DNA of 64,000 bases from an uncultured Gammaproteobacteria bacterium (GCA_964553245.1 CAZKJM010000001.1:16892-80891), one strand, 5' to 3'; numbered from the stretch's first letter, positions 47,009 to 57,652 are shown. Notes: generated by a model from the sequence alone, not told the origin. Numbers and translations are program-made.

Positions 47009-49997
47009 TATTAATAATCTTAAAATCTTTTCCTTTTATCAATTTATTTACCAATGCTTTTCTTTTTATATATTCTTCATATTCTTTAGGATAATCCTCA
47101 ATTTCCACATCTATTCTTTGCGCTATATCGGTACCCAGTTTTTTTCTCTCTTTTTGAATTTGCCTAACAATATCTCTTGCAATTCCTGCTTTAATATTTT
47201 GGTTTGACTCAGAGCTGTCTATAAAAATTGCTTTATCTTTTGTATCCTGATATTCCAAGTTTTCTATATTTAACTCATCTTTAATCAAAGTTAGTGTTTT
47301 TTCTTGAATTTTTTTGGGAGCAGAATAAGTTCCCTTTACTAAAGGAATCCTAACTTTTACTCCGGATTGTTTTCTTTGTGCGTGTCCCAATTCAACTAAG
47401 TCTCTTGCTAAAATCATTTCTTCTTCTAAATCTTTATTTATTAAATCCTTATTACATTCCGGCCAATTGGATAAGTGAACCGATTCTTTATCTGTTAAGT
47501 TTTTGTAAATTTCTTCAGCAATAAATGGATTAAAGGGAGCAAGGAGCTTGGAAAGTTTTATTAAAACTTCATATAACGTTTCGTAACATTCATCCTTGTC
47601 TTTTGCATCCTCTGCCGATACACCAATCCTATCCCTACTTCTTCTTACATACCATAAGGATAAATCGCTAACAAACTCTTCTATTGCTAAAGATGCCTTC
47701 TGAGCATTAAACTTTTCCAGTTTTTTGGTTACTGTTTCTATACAATTATTAAGTCTAGAAATTATCCATTTATCCAAAATGAATTCGCTCTTAAGAAAAT
47801 TATCTTTTTCCTTAGGTTGCCAATCATCAGCTATAGCATAGGTTACAAAAAAATTATAAATATTCCAAAGCATTAGGTGAAATTTTCTTCTTGTTTCATC
47901 TGCTTTTTTGTATCCAAATAATAAATTTTGTTCGGGATTCTGGGTTACAAAAATCCAACGCATTACATCTACTCCGATCTTATCTGCCCCTTCGTTAAAT
48001 TCAATCGAATTCCCCCATGATTTGTGCATTGGCCTTCCATCTTCTCCAAGCATTGAACCAAAACCCAAAACATATTTATAAGGATTTGTTTTCTCAAAAA
48101 CTGTAGACATCGCAATCATCGAATAAAACCAGTTTTTAAACTGACCGGGGAACGACTCTGTTATAAAGTCTGCAGGAAACCATTCGTTCCAGTATTTTTT
48201 ATCCTTTAGGTAACTTATTTCTTTTGTTTCTGGATCTATATATGTAGAAAACGGAACAATGCCCGCATCTAACCAAACATTTCCAACATCGTCTATCCTT
48301 TTTATTATTTCTTTGCATTTACTGCATTTAATTTCTACTTCGTCAATAAAAGGCTTATGAGGCGAGTGTCCATCAAAATTTTCCCAACCCGAAACCGATT
48401 TTTCTTTTAATTCTTCTTTGCTTCCAATAATATCAAAGTTCCCGCAACTCTGGCACTCATAAATAGGAAGCGCTAATCCCCAGTATCTGTTTTTTTTACT
48501 TATTAACCAATCGCTCATATTGGACAACCAATCTAATTCTCTTTCTAACCCGAATTTTGGATACCATTTTATTTTTTTTGCAGTTTCTATCATTTGCTCT
48601 CTTAATGTTATTCCATTCTTTATGTTTTCTTTCTTATCCATTGCTATATACCATTCTTCGGTTACTTTCCAGACTAGTTCGGTTTTACATCTCCAACAGG
48701 CGGGATATCTATGTGTGTAATTAAGTGTCTTAAGCATAAACTTGCTATTCTCTTTTTGTTTTAAATAATCAATTATTAATTCGGGATGTTTTTTCGCGTT
48801 TTTACCACTGAATTCCCCCAATCCTGCTACATAAATAGCATCATCTGTAATTGGAGAAATTATTGAAAGATTTTTATTCTTAGATAACTCAAAATCTTCT
48901 TTTCCTGCACCCGGTGCCACATGCAAAAGCCCTGTTCCTTCATTTGAAACAACAATTTCTGAACCATCAACTACTGTATGAAATGTATTTTCTTTTTCTC
49001 TTTTTGCTTTTTTAACAATTTCCAAATCATCAAAAGGACCTTTGTATTTTAGTCCAACCAGTTTTTCTCCGCTTACCTCCTCAACCAATTCATATTCGTC
49101 TTCAATACCGTTAAAAATGTATTCCTGTATATTTAGTTCTTTTTGCTTTAATAATCTTTTTGGAGTATTTTTTTCTTCGTTCTTTGTAATAAAAATTATT
49201 CTTTCTTTTGTTTTCTTATTCTCCCAAATTCCATATAAATATTTTGTGTTAACTGCAACGGCAACGTTGGCAGGAATTGTCCAAGGAGTCGTAGTCCAAA
49301 CTAAAACAGACGTATCTTTAAATCCGCCGGAAATTATTGGAAATTTAATAAATACAGATTCGTGGGTTAACTCTTTATAATCCTCAGTTAACATTTCGTG
49401 CTGGGAAATTGCGGTTTCACATCTTGGACACCACGCAACGCAATCTTTTCCCTTATAAATCCAGCCTTTTTCGTTACAAGTTTTTAGAAAATGCCAGATC
49501 ATATAATTATTTTCATCCGACATTGTATAGTAGGAATTATCCCAATCCATAAAGTAAGCAAGCCTTTGACTTTGATCTGACTGAATTTTACTGTACTTAA
49601 GTACTCTTTCCTTGCATAGGTTCACAAATTTAGCAATGCTTTCTTTCTTATTACCAGAGACAAGGTTTTCGATATCTTTTTTATTTCTTATTCCAAGTTC
49701 TTTTTCCACCTCTACTTCTACCCATAATCCTTGACAATCAAAGCCGTTTTGAAATCTTTGTTTTTTACCTCTCATGTTCCAAAACCTCTGCCATAAATCT
49801 TTATAGGTTCTTCCCCACGCATGATGCACTCCCATTGGATTATTTGCAGTTATTGGTCCGTCTAGGAATGAATATTTTTCTTTTGACTCATCGTTTTTAT
49901 GAAGATATTTTTCGACAAGTTTTTCTTTTTCCCAAGTTTTTAAAATTTCCTTTTCCAGTTCCGGAAAATTTACTTGAGGCGCTGTTGACTTAAACAT
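47001..49997 (-). CDS. ileS: Isoleucyl-tRNA synthetase (long, type-2-like)
   Basis: 998 aa. HIGH-region PMGVHHAWGRT. KMSKS-like MHKSWGNS. CP1 editing domain. C-terminal Zn-binding CxxC pairs. Confidence 0.95.
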   Translation of the reverse strand: MFKSTAPQVNFPELEKEILKTWEKEKLVEKYLHKNDESKEKYSFLDGPITANNPMGVHHAWGRTYKDLWQRFWNMRGKKQRFQNGFDCQGLWVEVEVEKELGIRNKKDIENLVSGNKKESIAKFVNLCKERVLKYSKIQSDQSQRLAYFMDWDNSYYTMSDENNYMIWHFLKTCNEKGWIYKGKDCVAWCPRCETAISQHEMLTEDYKELTHESVFIKFPIISGGFKDTSVLVWTTTPWTIPANVAVAVNTKYLYGIWENKKTKERIIFITKNEEKNTPKRLLKQKELNIQEYIFNGIEDEYELVEEVSGEKLVGLKYKGPFDDLEIVKKAKREKENTFHTVVDGSEIVVSNEGTGLLHVAPGAGKEDFELSKNKNLSIISPITDDAIYVAGLGEFSGKNAKKHPELIIDYLKQKENSKFMLKTLNYTHRYPACWRCKTELVWKVTEEWYIAMDKKENIKNGITLREQMIETAKKIKWYPKFGLERELDWLSNMSDWLISKKNRYWGLALPIYECQSCGNFDIIGSKEELKEKSVSGWENFDGHSPHKPFIDEVEIKCSKCKEIIKRIDDVGNVWLDAGIVPFSTYIDPETKEISYLKDKKYWNEWFPADFITESFPGQFKNWFYSMIAMSTVFEKTNPYKYVLGFGSMLGEDGRPMHKSWGNSIEFNEGADKIGVDVMRWIFVTQNPEQNLLFGYKKADETRRKFHLMLWNIYNFFVTYAIADDWQPKEKDNFLKSEFILDKWIISRLNNCIETVTKKLEKFNAQKASLAIEEFVSDLSLWYVRRSRDRIGVSAEDAKDKDECYETLYEVLIKLSKLLAPFNPFIAEEIYKNLTDKESVHLSNWPECNKDLINKDLEEEMILARDLVELGHAQRKQSGVKVRIPLVKGTYSAPKKIQEKTLTLIKDELNIENLEYQDTKDKAIFIDSSESNQNIKAGIARDIVRQIQKERKKLGTDIAQRIDVEIEDYPKEYEEYIKRKALVNKLIKGKDFKIINNV

Positions 49998-50092
49998 AAA
50001 TTCAATTTTAGCTTAAATTAATTCTATCTTCAACTCTTACGGTTTTAAATGATCCTTTATTAAAATCCTATTTATCTGTTACAATATTTATT

Positions 50093-50692
50093 GTGATAAG
50101 AGAACAGTTTATCGGCAAAAACCCCTCACGCTTTCAACTCAATCCCTTTGTGAAAGCTTTTATCGTATCCGAAGGGTTTGTTTGGTCCGCTTATAATTTT
50201 ATAATACCAATAATTGCAATTTTTGTTGTAAAAAATATTCCCGGGGGAACAATTGAAATAGCTGCATTTGCATTTAGTACTTATTTAATCTCTAGGGTAT
50301 TAGCGGAACTAACTACAAGCAGGTACTTAAATGGAGCCGGAGATAAATTTAAACTAAAATTTATTTTCTCTGGACTCATTCTTTTATCAATTTCTTATAT
50401 TGTTTTTTCTTTATTAAACTCTATAGAGCAACTATTTTTGGCGTATATTTTTGCAGGAACAGGTATGGGAATAACTGCACCTGCTAAATACTCTCTATTT
50501 TCTACACATTTAGACAAAGGGAAAGAACCGGCTGAATGGAGTATGTATGACGCATTTACGTTTATCGGAATGGCACTGGCGACTTCCCTTGGCGGTTTTG
50601 TTGCGGCTCAATATGGATTTCCTGTTTTATTCATTATGGCTGCAGTAATTAATACGCTTAGTATTATCCCTTATATTTTGTATATTCGATAA
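50093..50692 (+). CDS. Half-size (6-TM, 199 aa) major-facilitator-superfamily-like membrane protein; corresponds to an MFS C-terminal half
   Basis: Six hydrophobic helices. MFS-like loop TTSRYLNGAGDKFKLKF. No upstream N-terminal half: 95-bp gap to the divergent ileS, with stops in all frames. Confidence 0.5.
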   Translation: MIREQFIGKNPSRFQLNPFVKAFIVSEGFVWSAYNFIIPIIAIFVVKNIPGGTIEIAAFAFSTYLISRVLAELTTSRYLNGAGDKFKLKFIFSGLILLSISYIVFSLLNSIEQLFLAYIFAGTGMGITAPAKYSLFSTHLDKGKEPAEWSMYDAFTFIGMALATSLGGFVAAQYGFPVLFIMAAVINTLSIIPYILYIR

Positions 50693-50704
50693 AATATCGA
50701 ATAT
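50682..50704. terminator. AT-rich 10-bp inverted repeat with 3-nt loop spanning the stop codons of the convergent MFS-half and ftsZ genes; possible bidirectional terminator
   Basis: atattcgata-aaa-tatcgaatat. Only 2 GC pairs, so a weak hairpin. Confidence 0.2.
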
Positions 50705-51822
50705 TAGTTTCTGTTTCTAAGGAATGCGGGAATGTCCCAAGTATCGTCTTCTTCCTGAACTGGAGGCTCCTCAGCTTTTGGTTTTTCCACAACTTGTTGA
50801 GTTTGAGTATCATTTGATTGAACAATTGGCTTAACAGGTGGTGCCATAAATTCTTTTAAAGTTTGCCTTGTTTGGTCAAATCCTGTTGCAACAACAGTAA
50901 TCTTCATTTGATCGTGCATTGTATTATCTATCATTGCCCCAAAAATTATATTTGCATCCTGATCCGCAGCCGAAGCAATAATCTTTGCAGCTTCGTCTAC
51001 CTCGCTCATTGTAAGATCCGGTCCTCCAGTTATATTAAAAAGAACTCCTCTTGCCCCATCCATAGAGATTTCCAAAAGTGGAGAAGCTATTGCAGACCTT
51101 GCCGCAGTTTGTGCCCTGTTTTCTCCAACACCCGTTCCAATTCCCATAAGTGCCGATCCAGCCTCGGACATTATTGTTTTAACATCTGCAAAATCCACAT
51201 TGATAAGACCAGGCAAAGTAATAAGATCCGAAATTCCTTGAACTCCTTGAGTAAGCACCGAATCCGCAACTTTAAATGCTTCCAGAAGAGATAGTTTTTT
51301 ATCTACGACTTCCAAAATTCTTTGGTTTGGAATAACAATTAATGTATCAACTTTATCTCTTAGCTCGTCTATGCCACTTTCTGCATTAACCATTCTTCGT
51401 GTTCCTTCGAATGCAAAGGGCTTAGTAACAACTGCAACCGTTAATGTACCTACTTCTTTTGCCGCTTTTGCAATAATCGGTGTTGCTCCAGTTCCTGTTC
51501 CGCCCCCCATTCCGCAAGTTAAAAATAACATATCTGTCCCGTCAATCATTTCCTTTATTCTTTCGTACGATTCTTCTGCAGACTGTCGTCCAATATCCGG
51601 GTTTCCACCAGAACCAAGACCTTTAGTAAGACCTTCTCCTATCTGAAGTTTCGTTGCTGCCTGACACATTAATAATGCTTGAGCATCTGTATTAACCGAA
51701 ATAAAATCAACTCCGGAAATATTACATTGCGCAATCATCGAATTTAAAGCATTATTTCCTCCGCCCCCAATTCCCATCACACGTATTTTGGCAAAATTAG
51801 CTGTTTGAGGTTTAATTAACAT
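50704..51822 (-). CDS. ftsZ: Cell division GTPase FtsZ
   Basis: GIGGGGNNA. Tubulin signature [10 protein letters not shown]. Confidence 0.95.
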   Translation of the reverse strand: MLIKPQTANFAKIRVMGIGGGGNNALNSMIAQCNISGVDFISVNTDAQALLMCQAATKLQIGEGLTKGLGSGGNPDIGRQSAEESYERIKEMIDGTDMLFLTCGMGGGTGTGATPIIAKAAKEVGTLTVAVVTKPFAFEGTRRMVNAESGIDELRDKVDTLIVIPNQRILEVVDKKLSLLEAFKVADSVLTQGVQGISDLITLPGLINVDFADVKTIMSEAGSALMGIGTGVGENRAQTAARSAIASPLLEISMDGARGVLFNITGGPDLTMSEVDEAAKIIASAADQDANIIFGAMIDNTMHDQMKITVVATGFDQTRQTLKEFMAPPVKPIVQSNDTQTQQVVEKPKAEEPPVQEEDDTWDIPAFLRNRN

Positions 51823-51901
51823 AACATTAAATTATAGGCGAATACTAGCAAAATAAAAATCTTTTTGCAAGTAAGTTCTTAAGGCAGATTTTCGACTCTA
51901 T

Positions 51902-53185
51902 TCAAGGTAAAAATGACTTAAAAAACGAAATTATTTTTGAAACAGTCTTATTATTAAAACCTGGAATAGAAAACTTAGGAATATTTACTCCAAAAGGTAA
52001 GTTTGACTTTGCTTCAATTGTTGACCCATAATCTGCCAATCCAATTACGGTAGCAAACGGTGAATCCGAAACTTCATCAATAATTCCTTTAATGTTTGCT
52101 GGATCACCAACTCTTACTGGCATTGCAAGCATTCTCTTAGCGCTTTCTATTATTCCGATTGTTTTACCACCGCCACCAGTTATTACGAGCCCGGAAGGTG
52201 TTTGACCAACGAATCCGCTCTTTTTTATTTCTAGTCCTATAAAAGTAAATATTTCATTTAATCTTGGTCTAATTATTCCTTCTATAAGAGTTTTTTTAGA
52301 AACTTTATTAACCTCTTCTGCTAATCCAAGACCGGATAAATCAAGTTCGTCTGATTTATCCTTTGGTCCAAGATCGTTTTCAAAACCCAATGATTTTTTT
52401 GTTGGCTTAGATAAAAACAGCTTGATTTTTTCTGCAGACTCCAAGGAAATTCTTAGACCAATTGCTAAATCGTTGGTGATGTGCCTTGCACCAATTGGCA
52501 AAACCGACGAATAAGCAACAGAACCATCTACATAGATCGAAATATCTGTAGTTCCGGCACCAATATCAACTAACACAACGCCTAATTCTTTTTCTGTATC
52601 CGATAAAGTAGAAAGGGAACTTGCGTAACCACTAAATACCACTCCGTCTATATCTACCCCAACCGTCGAAAATGCTTTTTCGATATTTCTTAAAACAGCC
52701 GTACTCGCCGATATTATATGCGTATCTACTTCTAGCCTTACACCAGACATTCCAATCGGATCTTTTATTCCCTCTTGCCCATCAACAGTATATGTTCTTG
52801 GTAGTACATGAATAATTTCTCTTGTGGAAGGAAGAGAAACTGCTTTTGCCGCATCAATTACTCTTATCAAATCATTTTCCGTTATCTCTCCTTGTGGACT
52901 TGAAACAGCTACAACTCCCCTGGAATTTTGAGATTCTATATGACTTCCGCCGATTGAAACAATCACTCTAGAAGCAGAATATCCTGCCATTCTTTCAGCT
53001 GCTTCAAGTGAATTATTTATTGCTAAAACAGCTTCGTCTATATCTACTATCTGACCCTTTTTAATTCCTGCTGACTTTACCTCAGAAACACCCAATACAT
53101 TAACGACTTCATCCACTCTTGCAATTACAGTTACAACCTTAGAAGAACCAATATCTACTGCTACGACAATTTTTCCTTCATTCAT
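51902..53185 (-). CDS. ftsA: Cell division protein FtsA (actin-like ATPase)
   Basis: VAVDIGSSKVVTVIA...DIGAGTTDIS. 427 aa. Confidence 0.92.
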   Translation of the reverse strand: MNEGKIVVAVDIGSSKVVTVIARVDEVVNVLGVSEVKSAGIKKGQIVDIDEAVLAINNSLEAAERMAGYSASRVIVSIGGSHIESQNSRGVVAVSSPQGEITENDLIRVIDAAKAVSLPSTREIIHVLPRTYTVDGQEGIKDPIGMSGVRLEVDTHIISASTAVLRNIEKAFSTVGVDIDGVVFSGYASSLSTLSDTEKELGVVLVDIGAGTTDISIYVDGSVAYSSVLPIGARHITNDLAIGLRISLESAEKIKLFLSKPTKKSLGFENDLGPKDKSDELDLSGLGLAEEVNKVSKKTLIEGIIRPRLNEIFTFIGLEIKKSGFVGQTPSGLVITGGGGKTIGIIESAKRMLAMPVRVGDPANIKGIIDEVSDSPFATVIGLADYGSTIEAKSNLPFGVNIPKFSIPGFNNKTVSKIISFFKSFLP

Positions 53186-53190
53186 AGAAG

Positions 53191-53607
53191 CTAAAATACA
53201 ATTAACGGTTTATCATACCTAAAATCTAGGCTTTTAAACCTTTTCCCTTCTATTGTAAGTCGTTTTATTATTAATTGTAAAGAGGCTATTTGCGTGCTAA
53301 GTTGCTTTTTTGAGGAAAAAATTACCTCTTCTTTACTATTTAAAATCACTAATAAAGAAGAATCATCGTTTATTTTTGTTTTTTGATACTGTATATTTGC
53401 ATTTTTTAGTCCTTCCTCCAATCTTAAACTATTACTGTATTTGTTTAACGGTAGAGGACTAATAAGCTTATTCGCTCTAAAAAAAATCAAGTAACATATT
53501 ATTAAAGCTGTCGCTAAAAAAATTAATATTGCCACAAAAAAGATCGTTTTTCTGCTTTTTCTTTTTCTTATTATTAATTTATTTCTGTATTTATTTCTTT
53601 GCCACAT
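53191..53607 (-). CDS. ftsQ: Minimal FtsQ/DivIB-like protein (138 aa, single TM, no recognisable POTRA)
   Basis: Position between murG and ftsA. Basic N-terminus plus a TM. C-terminus SLDFRYDKPLIVF resembles the FtsQ C-terminal (D/S)LR(Y/F)..(R/K)..V motif. Confidence 0.5.
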   Translation of the reverse strand: MWQRNKYRNKLIIRKRKSRKTIFFVAILIFLATALIICYLIFFRANKLISPLPLNKYSNSLRLEEGLKNANIQYQKTKINDDSSLLVILNSKEEVIFSSKKQLSTQIASLQLIIKRLTIEGKRFKSLDFRYDKPLIVF

Positions 53608-54697
53608 CTCTTATAACACTGACTATTTTTTCCGCTGAATTATTGCTAAAAATATTTTCCCCTAAGGAATTAATTTTGTATTGATCAAGTTTTTTTAGCA
53701 TGTTATTTACAGTTTCCAAAAACTTTTCCCTATCTAAATTATTTTGCTCAATAACTTCCGCAAGGCCTATTTTTTTAAGAAAAAAAGCATTTTTAAGTTG
53801 TTCCCCTTTTTGACCCGTTAAAAGAGGAATTAAAAGCGCTGGTTTTTTAAAATAAATTAATTCAGAAACTGTATTTATACCTGATCTAGAAATTACCATA
53901 TCGCACTTTCTTAATATTTCTGAAACTTCATTTACTTTAAAAAACTTAGAAATAATGTATCTTTGTTTTATTAAATCAGGAAAACTTTTTTTCGTCTGTT
54001 TAAATTTTTCGAAATCCAAAAAAACTTTGGCATCTCCTATTTGATGAATAATATTTGCTTTTTTTAATAAAACTAACAAAGAATTAATTAGCAAAGTATT
54101 TATAGAATGTGAACCAAGGCTTCCGCCTGTAATATAAATTACCGGAAAACTATTTTTAAAATTAAATTTGTTTTTTATTTGTTTTCCTTCCAGTATCTCT
54201 TCTCTTAAAGGATTCCCTGTCAAAATTGTTTTCTCTTTTGGAAAAAATTTTTCCGACTGTTTCCAGGAAATACAAACTTTATCCGCAAATTTTGAAATAA
54301 TTTTATTTGCGGCTCCTGCCTCTAACGTTTGTTCGTGAATAACAATAGGAATTTTTAAAATCTTCGCTGCAATACAAACAGGAAAAGAAACATAACCTCC
54401 AAATCCAATAACAACTTCTGGCTTAAATTTTTTCAAGATTCTCAAAGAAGTTAAAACAGCTTTTGGAATTTTTAAAAGAGACGGAAGTGTATATTTTGTT
54501 AAATTTCGTTGAAGTCTTCCTGTATTGATGTTTACAAACGGAATATTTAATTTCTTTATAAATTGATATTCAAGGGACAAAGCAGCATCTCCTTCAAGCG
54601 CAAATTTTCTTCCGATAAATAAAATGTCTTCCCCTGTTAGTTTTTCCAAAACCGACAAAGCAGGCGATAAATGCCCTCCTATTGCTACTATTTTCAT
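53591..54697 (-). CDS. murG: Undecaprenyl-PP-MurNAc-pentapeptide-UDP-GlcNAc GlcNAc transferase MurG
   Basis: GGT28 two-domain fold. GGHLSPALSV. GGYVSFPVCIAAKILKIPIVIHEQ. Confidence 0.9.
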   Translation of the reverse strand: MKIVAIGGHLSPALSVLEKLTGEDILFIGRKFALEGDAALSLEYQFIKKLNIPFVNINTGRLQRNLTKYTLPSLLKIPKAVLTSLRILKKFKPEVVIGFGGYVSFPVCIAAKILKIPIVIHEQTLEAGAANKIISKFADKVCISWKQSEKFFPKEKTILTGNPLREEILEGKQIKNKFNFKNSFPVIYITGGSLGSHSINTLLINSLLVLLKKANIIHQIGDAKVFLDFEKFKQTKKSFPDLIKQRYIISKFFKVNEVSEILRKCDMVISRSGINTVSELIYFKKPALLIPLLTGQKGEQLKNAFFLKKIGLAEVIEQNNLDREKFLETVNNMLKKLDQYKINSLGENIFSNNSAEKIVSVIRDVAKK

Positions 54698-54699
54698 AT

Positions 54700-55770
54700 T
54701 TAGATTTTACTTTGTTTAGAAATATTTAGCAAAATTCCTATGGATACAAAACTCATTATAAGCGCAGATCCACCGTACGAAATAAATGGAAGAGGTATCC
54801 CAGTCAATGGAATAAGAGCTGTTTGAGCTGCCAAATTAACAATTATCTGCATGGATAAAAATGTTATAATCCCACCTGCTAAAAGTTTGCCAAAATTATC
54901 TTTTGCATTTATGGCTATATAAAAACCTCGCCAAATTAAAAACATAAATAAAAGAATAATAATTAATGATCCAATAAAGCCAATTTCCTCTGCGAGAATT
55001 GCAAAAATGGAATCAGTTGTATTCTCCGGAAGATAAGCATATTTTTGAAGTGAATTTCCAATCCCAACTCCGGTTAATCCACCCGATCCAAGCGCGATCA
55101 AAATCTGCTTAACGTGATAAGAATAATTATCTGGGGTTTGATTAAAATTTAAAAACGTCGCCAATCTTTGTGCTCTATAAGGAGATGTTTTTATTAAAAT
55201 AAAACCGATGATTCCTAGAATCGGTAAAGATGCAAGTATATGGGAGATACTTGCCCCCGATAAAAAATAAACAGCAATCGCTTCTGATAATATTATCGTT
55301 GCTGTTCCCATATCAGGCTCAAGCAATATTAAACCCAATATTAAACCAAGAAGCAATAAAAATGCTAAAAATCTTCCTTTTTCCTTATTAGAAAGCCAAG
55401 CAGCTAAATAAATTGCAAAAGCAAGCTTAGCAAATTCTGATGGCTGAAGAACTGTAAAACCTAAATCTATCCAACGTCTTGCCCCTAATAAATGAACACC
55501 TATTCCAGGAATAAAAACCAAAGATAGTAAAATAATGGATACAATTATTAACGGTAGTGCAATCTGATAAAATTTGTGATAATCAAAGCGCAAAAAAAAC
55601 ATCATAAATAAAACCCCTAGCGCCCCCCAGAACGCCTGTTCTTTTAGGTAATGATATTTATCACCAAAATCTCTAAAAGCAACAAAAGAAGAAGCATCGT
55701 AAATTATTAAAAGTCCAAGACTGGTTAGGAAAAAAATTACTAAAATAAAAATATGGTCAATTTTTTTCAT
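54700..55770 (-). CDS. ftsW: SEDS family protein in the FtsW position
   Basis: 356 aa, 10 TM. Sits between mraY and murG. Confidence 0.85.
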   Translation of the reverse strand: MKKIDHIFILVIFFLTSLGLLIIYDASSFVAFRDFGDKYHYLKEQAFWGALGVLFMMFFLRFDYHKFYQIALPLIIVSIILLSLVFIPGIGVHLLGARRWIDLGFTVLQPSEFAKLAFAIYLAAWLSNKEKGRFLAFLLLLGLILGLILLEPDMGTATIILSEAIAVYFLSGASISHILASLPILGIIGFILIKTSPYRAQRLATFLNFNQTPDNYSYHVKQILIALGSGGLTGVGIGNSLQKYAYLPENTTDSIFAILAEEIGFIGSLIIILLFMFLIWRGFYIAINAKDNFGKLLAGGIITFLSMQIIVNLAAQTALIPLTGIPLPFISYGGSALIMSFVSIGILLNISKQSKI

Positions 55771-55821
55771 AACATCTATATTTTTAGTTTACTACGTTTT
55801 GAGGATAAATTACTATTATTG

Positions 55822-56835
55822 TTATCTAATAAATGCAATATACAAGCCTAATACCGCGAAGAAGAAACCCAGTAGCCATGCCCTCATTACGATTTTTGGC
55901 TCGTCCCAACCTCTTTCCAAAAGATACAAATGGAATGGAGCGATAGGAAGTAATCGTTTCTTTAAAAATTTTTTTCCTAAAATCTGAATGAGTGATGACG
56001 CAACTTCAATAATAAATACTCCACCAATTACCACAAGTGCAATTATTTTGCCACTTAATAAACCAATTACCGCAAGTGATGCTCCAAGAGAAAGTGATCC
56101 GACATCCCCTAGCCAAATTCTAGCCTTATAAATATTAAAGTACAAAAACGCAGCAACGCTTCCTGTTAAAAAGGCAATAAAAATTCCAAGTGCCGGATTC
56201 ATCATGCTTGAAGAAATAGATAAAAATGCAAGTAAACAAATCAGAAATAAACCGGAAGCAAGTCCATCTAATCCATCTGTAATGTTAAAAGCATTTGTAA
56301 ATGCTACGATCACAAATGCTGCGAAGGGAATAAACAAAAAACCAATGCTGGCAAGACCAAAGCCTCGTATAAAAACAAAATCGTATCCTAATTTATAATA
56401 GAAAACAGTTGCGATTATTAAAGACATAGCAATTTGTATTAAAAGTTTATGTCTGATCCTAAGGCCAAAAAATACTGTTTTCTTACCGTTTACCAATTTT
56501 TTAAGATCATCGTAAAAACCTAATAAGCCAAATCCTACAAATGTAAAGAAAATTACAAAAATCTGCCAAGGATTAATTTCTACGTCAAACATTCCGTATC
56601 CCCAAATTGTTAAAGCACTTACTACTAAAATTATTAAAATACCGCCGCCAAAAGGAGTTCCAACCTTCCAACCATTATTGAATTTATCAAATATATTTGC
56701 TCTATTATTAAGAACATCCTTTGTTTCCTGCTTTTGTCTTCTTAGCTTTGCTTTATAAAGGAAGTCAATAAAAGGAATAAGTAGAATACCTGTTAGTATC
56801 AGAGACAATAGGGTTAAACCTAAGAGTTGGGCCAT
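55822..56835 (-). CDS. mraY: Phospho-N-acetylmuramoyl-pentapeptide transferase
   Basis: NAFNITDGLDGLA. Conserved DD and HHH loops. 337 aa. Confidence 0.93.
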   Translation of the reverse strand: MAQLLGLTLLSLILTGILLIPFIDFLYKAKLRRQKQETKDVLNNRANIFDKFNNGWKVGTPFGGGILIILVVSALTIWGYGMFDVEINPWQIFVIFFTFVGFGLLGFYDDLKKLVNGKKTVFFGLRIRHKLLIQIAMSLIIATVFYYKLGYDFVFIRGFGLASIGFLFIPFAAFVIVAFTNAFNITDGLDGLASGLFLICLLAFLSISSSMMNPALGIFIAFLTGSVAAFLYFNIYKARIWLGDVGSLSLGASLAVIGLLSGKIIALVVIGGVFIIEVASSLIQILGKKFLKKRLLPIAPFHLYLLERGWDEPKIVMRAWLLGFFFAVLGLYIAFIR

Positions 56836-56893
56836 AACTTATTATTATAATATGTTTTCTAATTATATTCAATTTTTAAGTATTAAAAAAATA

Positions 56894-57652
56894 TTACTTA
56901 TTTACCCCAGAATTAAATAGCTTTTGAGCCTCTATCAGTTCTTCTTTTGTATTAACTCCTCGCCATGAAATATTACCTGCGCTCAAAGTATTTATTTTTT
57001 CATTATTTTTTTGCCCTAAGCCAATAAGACTAGTCAAATAGTACTCTCCTGTTATCCTGCTTTTTTTAATCTTAGAAATATATTTTCTTAAAAATTTTGT
57101 ACTAAATATATAACAAGAAGTATTTATTTCTGTTATTTTTTTCTGTTCTTCTGTTGCATCTTTTTCTTCTACAACTGAAACTAAATTTTCGTTTTTATCC
57201 CTAATTATCCTGCCTAATCCAAACGGCTCGTCTTTTTTTATGGTCAAAAAAGTAAAAGCCGAATCGGTTTTACAATGATGATTTATTAATTTATCGATAA
57301 GGTCTTTTGTGTAAAAAGCAGAATCATCACCGTTCACCACCAATACATCCTCTATGCCTTTAGGGAGTGTTTTTAAAGCGCAGGAAACTGCATGACCGGT
57401 TCCCAATCTTTTTCTTTGTTCGGCAAAAATAACTTTGTTTTTTAGAATTTCTATAACCGATTTTTTAGCAAATCCAACAACGACCACAATATTATCCACC
57501 TTTAATTTTTTAAAAAGTTCGACTACATGAAGAACCATTGGCTTATTACCAAGTTTAAGAGTAACCTTATTGTGGTCACTGGAATTCATTCTTTTGCCTT
57601 TTCCAGCAGCCAAAATTATAGCCCCAAGTCTTTTTTTATTAATTTTATTCAT
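56894..57652 (-). CDS. glmU: GlcNAc-1-phosphate uridyltransferase domain protein (GlmU N-terminal domain only; no left-handed beta-helix acetyltransferase domain)
   Basis: ILAAGKGKRM and LGTGHAV GlmU signatures. 252 aa total. No hexapeptide repeats. Confidence 0.75.
   Translation of the reverse strand: MNKINKKRLGAIILAAGKGKRMNSSDHNKVTLKLGNKPMVLHVVELFKKLKVDNIVVVVGFAKKSVIEILKNKVIFAEQRKRLGTGHAVSCALKTLPKGIEDVLVVNGDDSAFYTKDLIDKLINHHCKTDSAFTFLTIKKDEPFGLGRIIRDKNENLVSVVEEKDATEEQKKITEINTSCYIFSTKFLRKYISKIKKSRITGEYYLTSLIGLGQKNNEKINTLSAGNISWRGVNTKEELIEAQKLFNSGVNK

Noticed and set aside
49998-50092. Possible T-box riboswitch leader upstream of ileS
   Set aside because: Only 95 bp separate ileS from the divergent gene, which is too short for a T-box (~250 nt). 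No specifier/antiterminator hairpins are visible.
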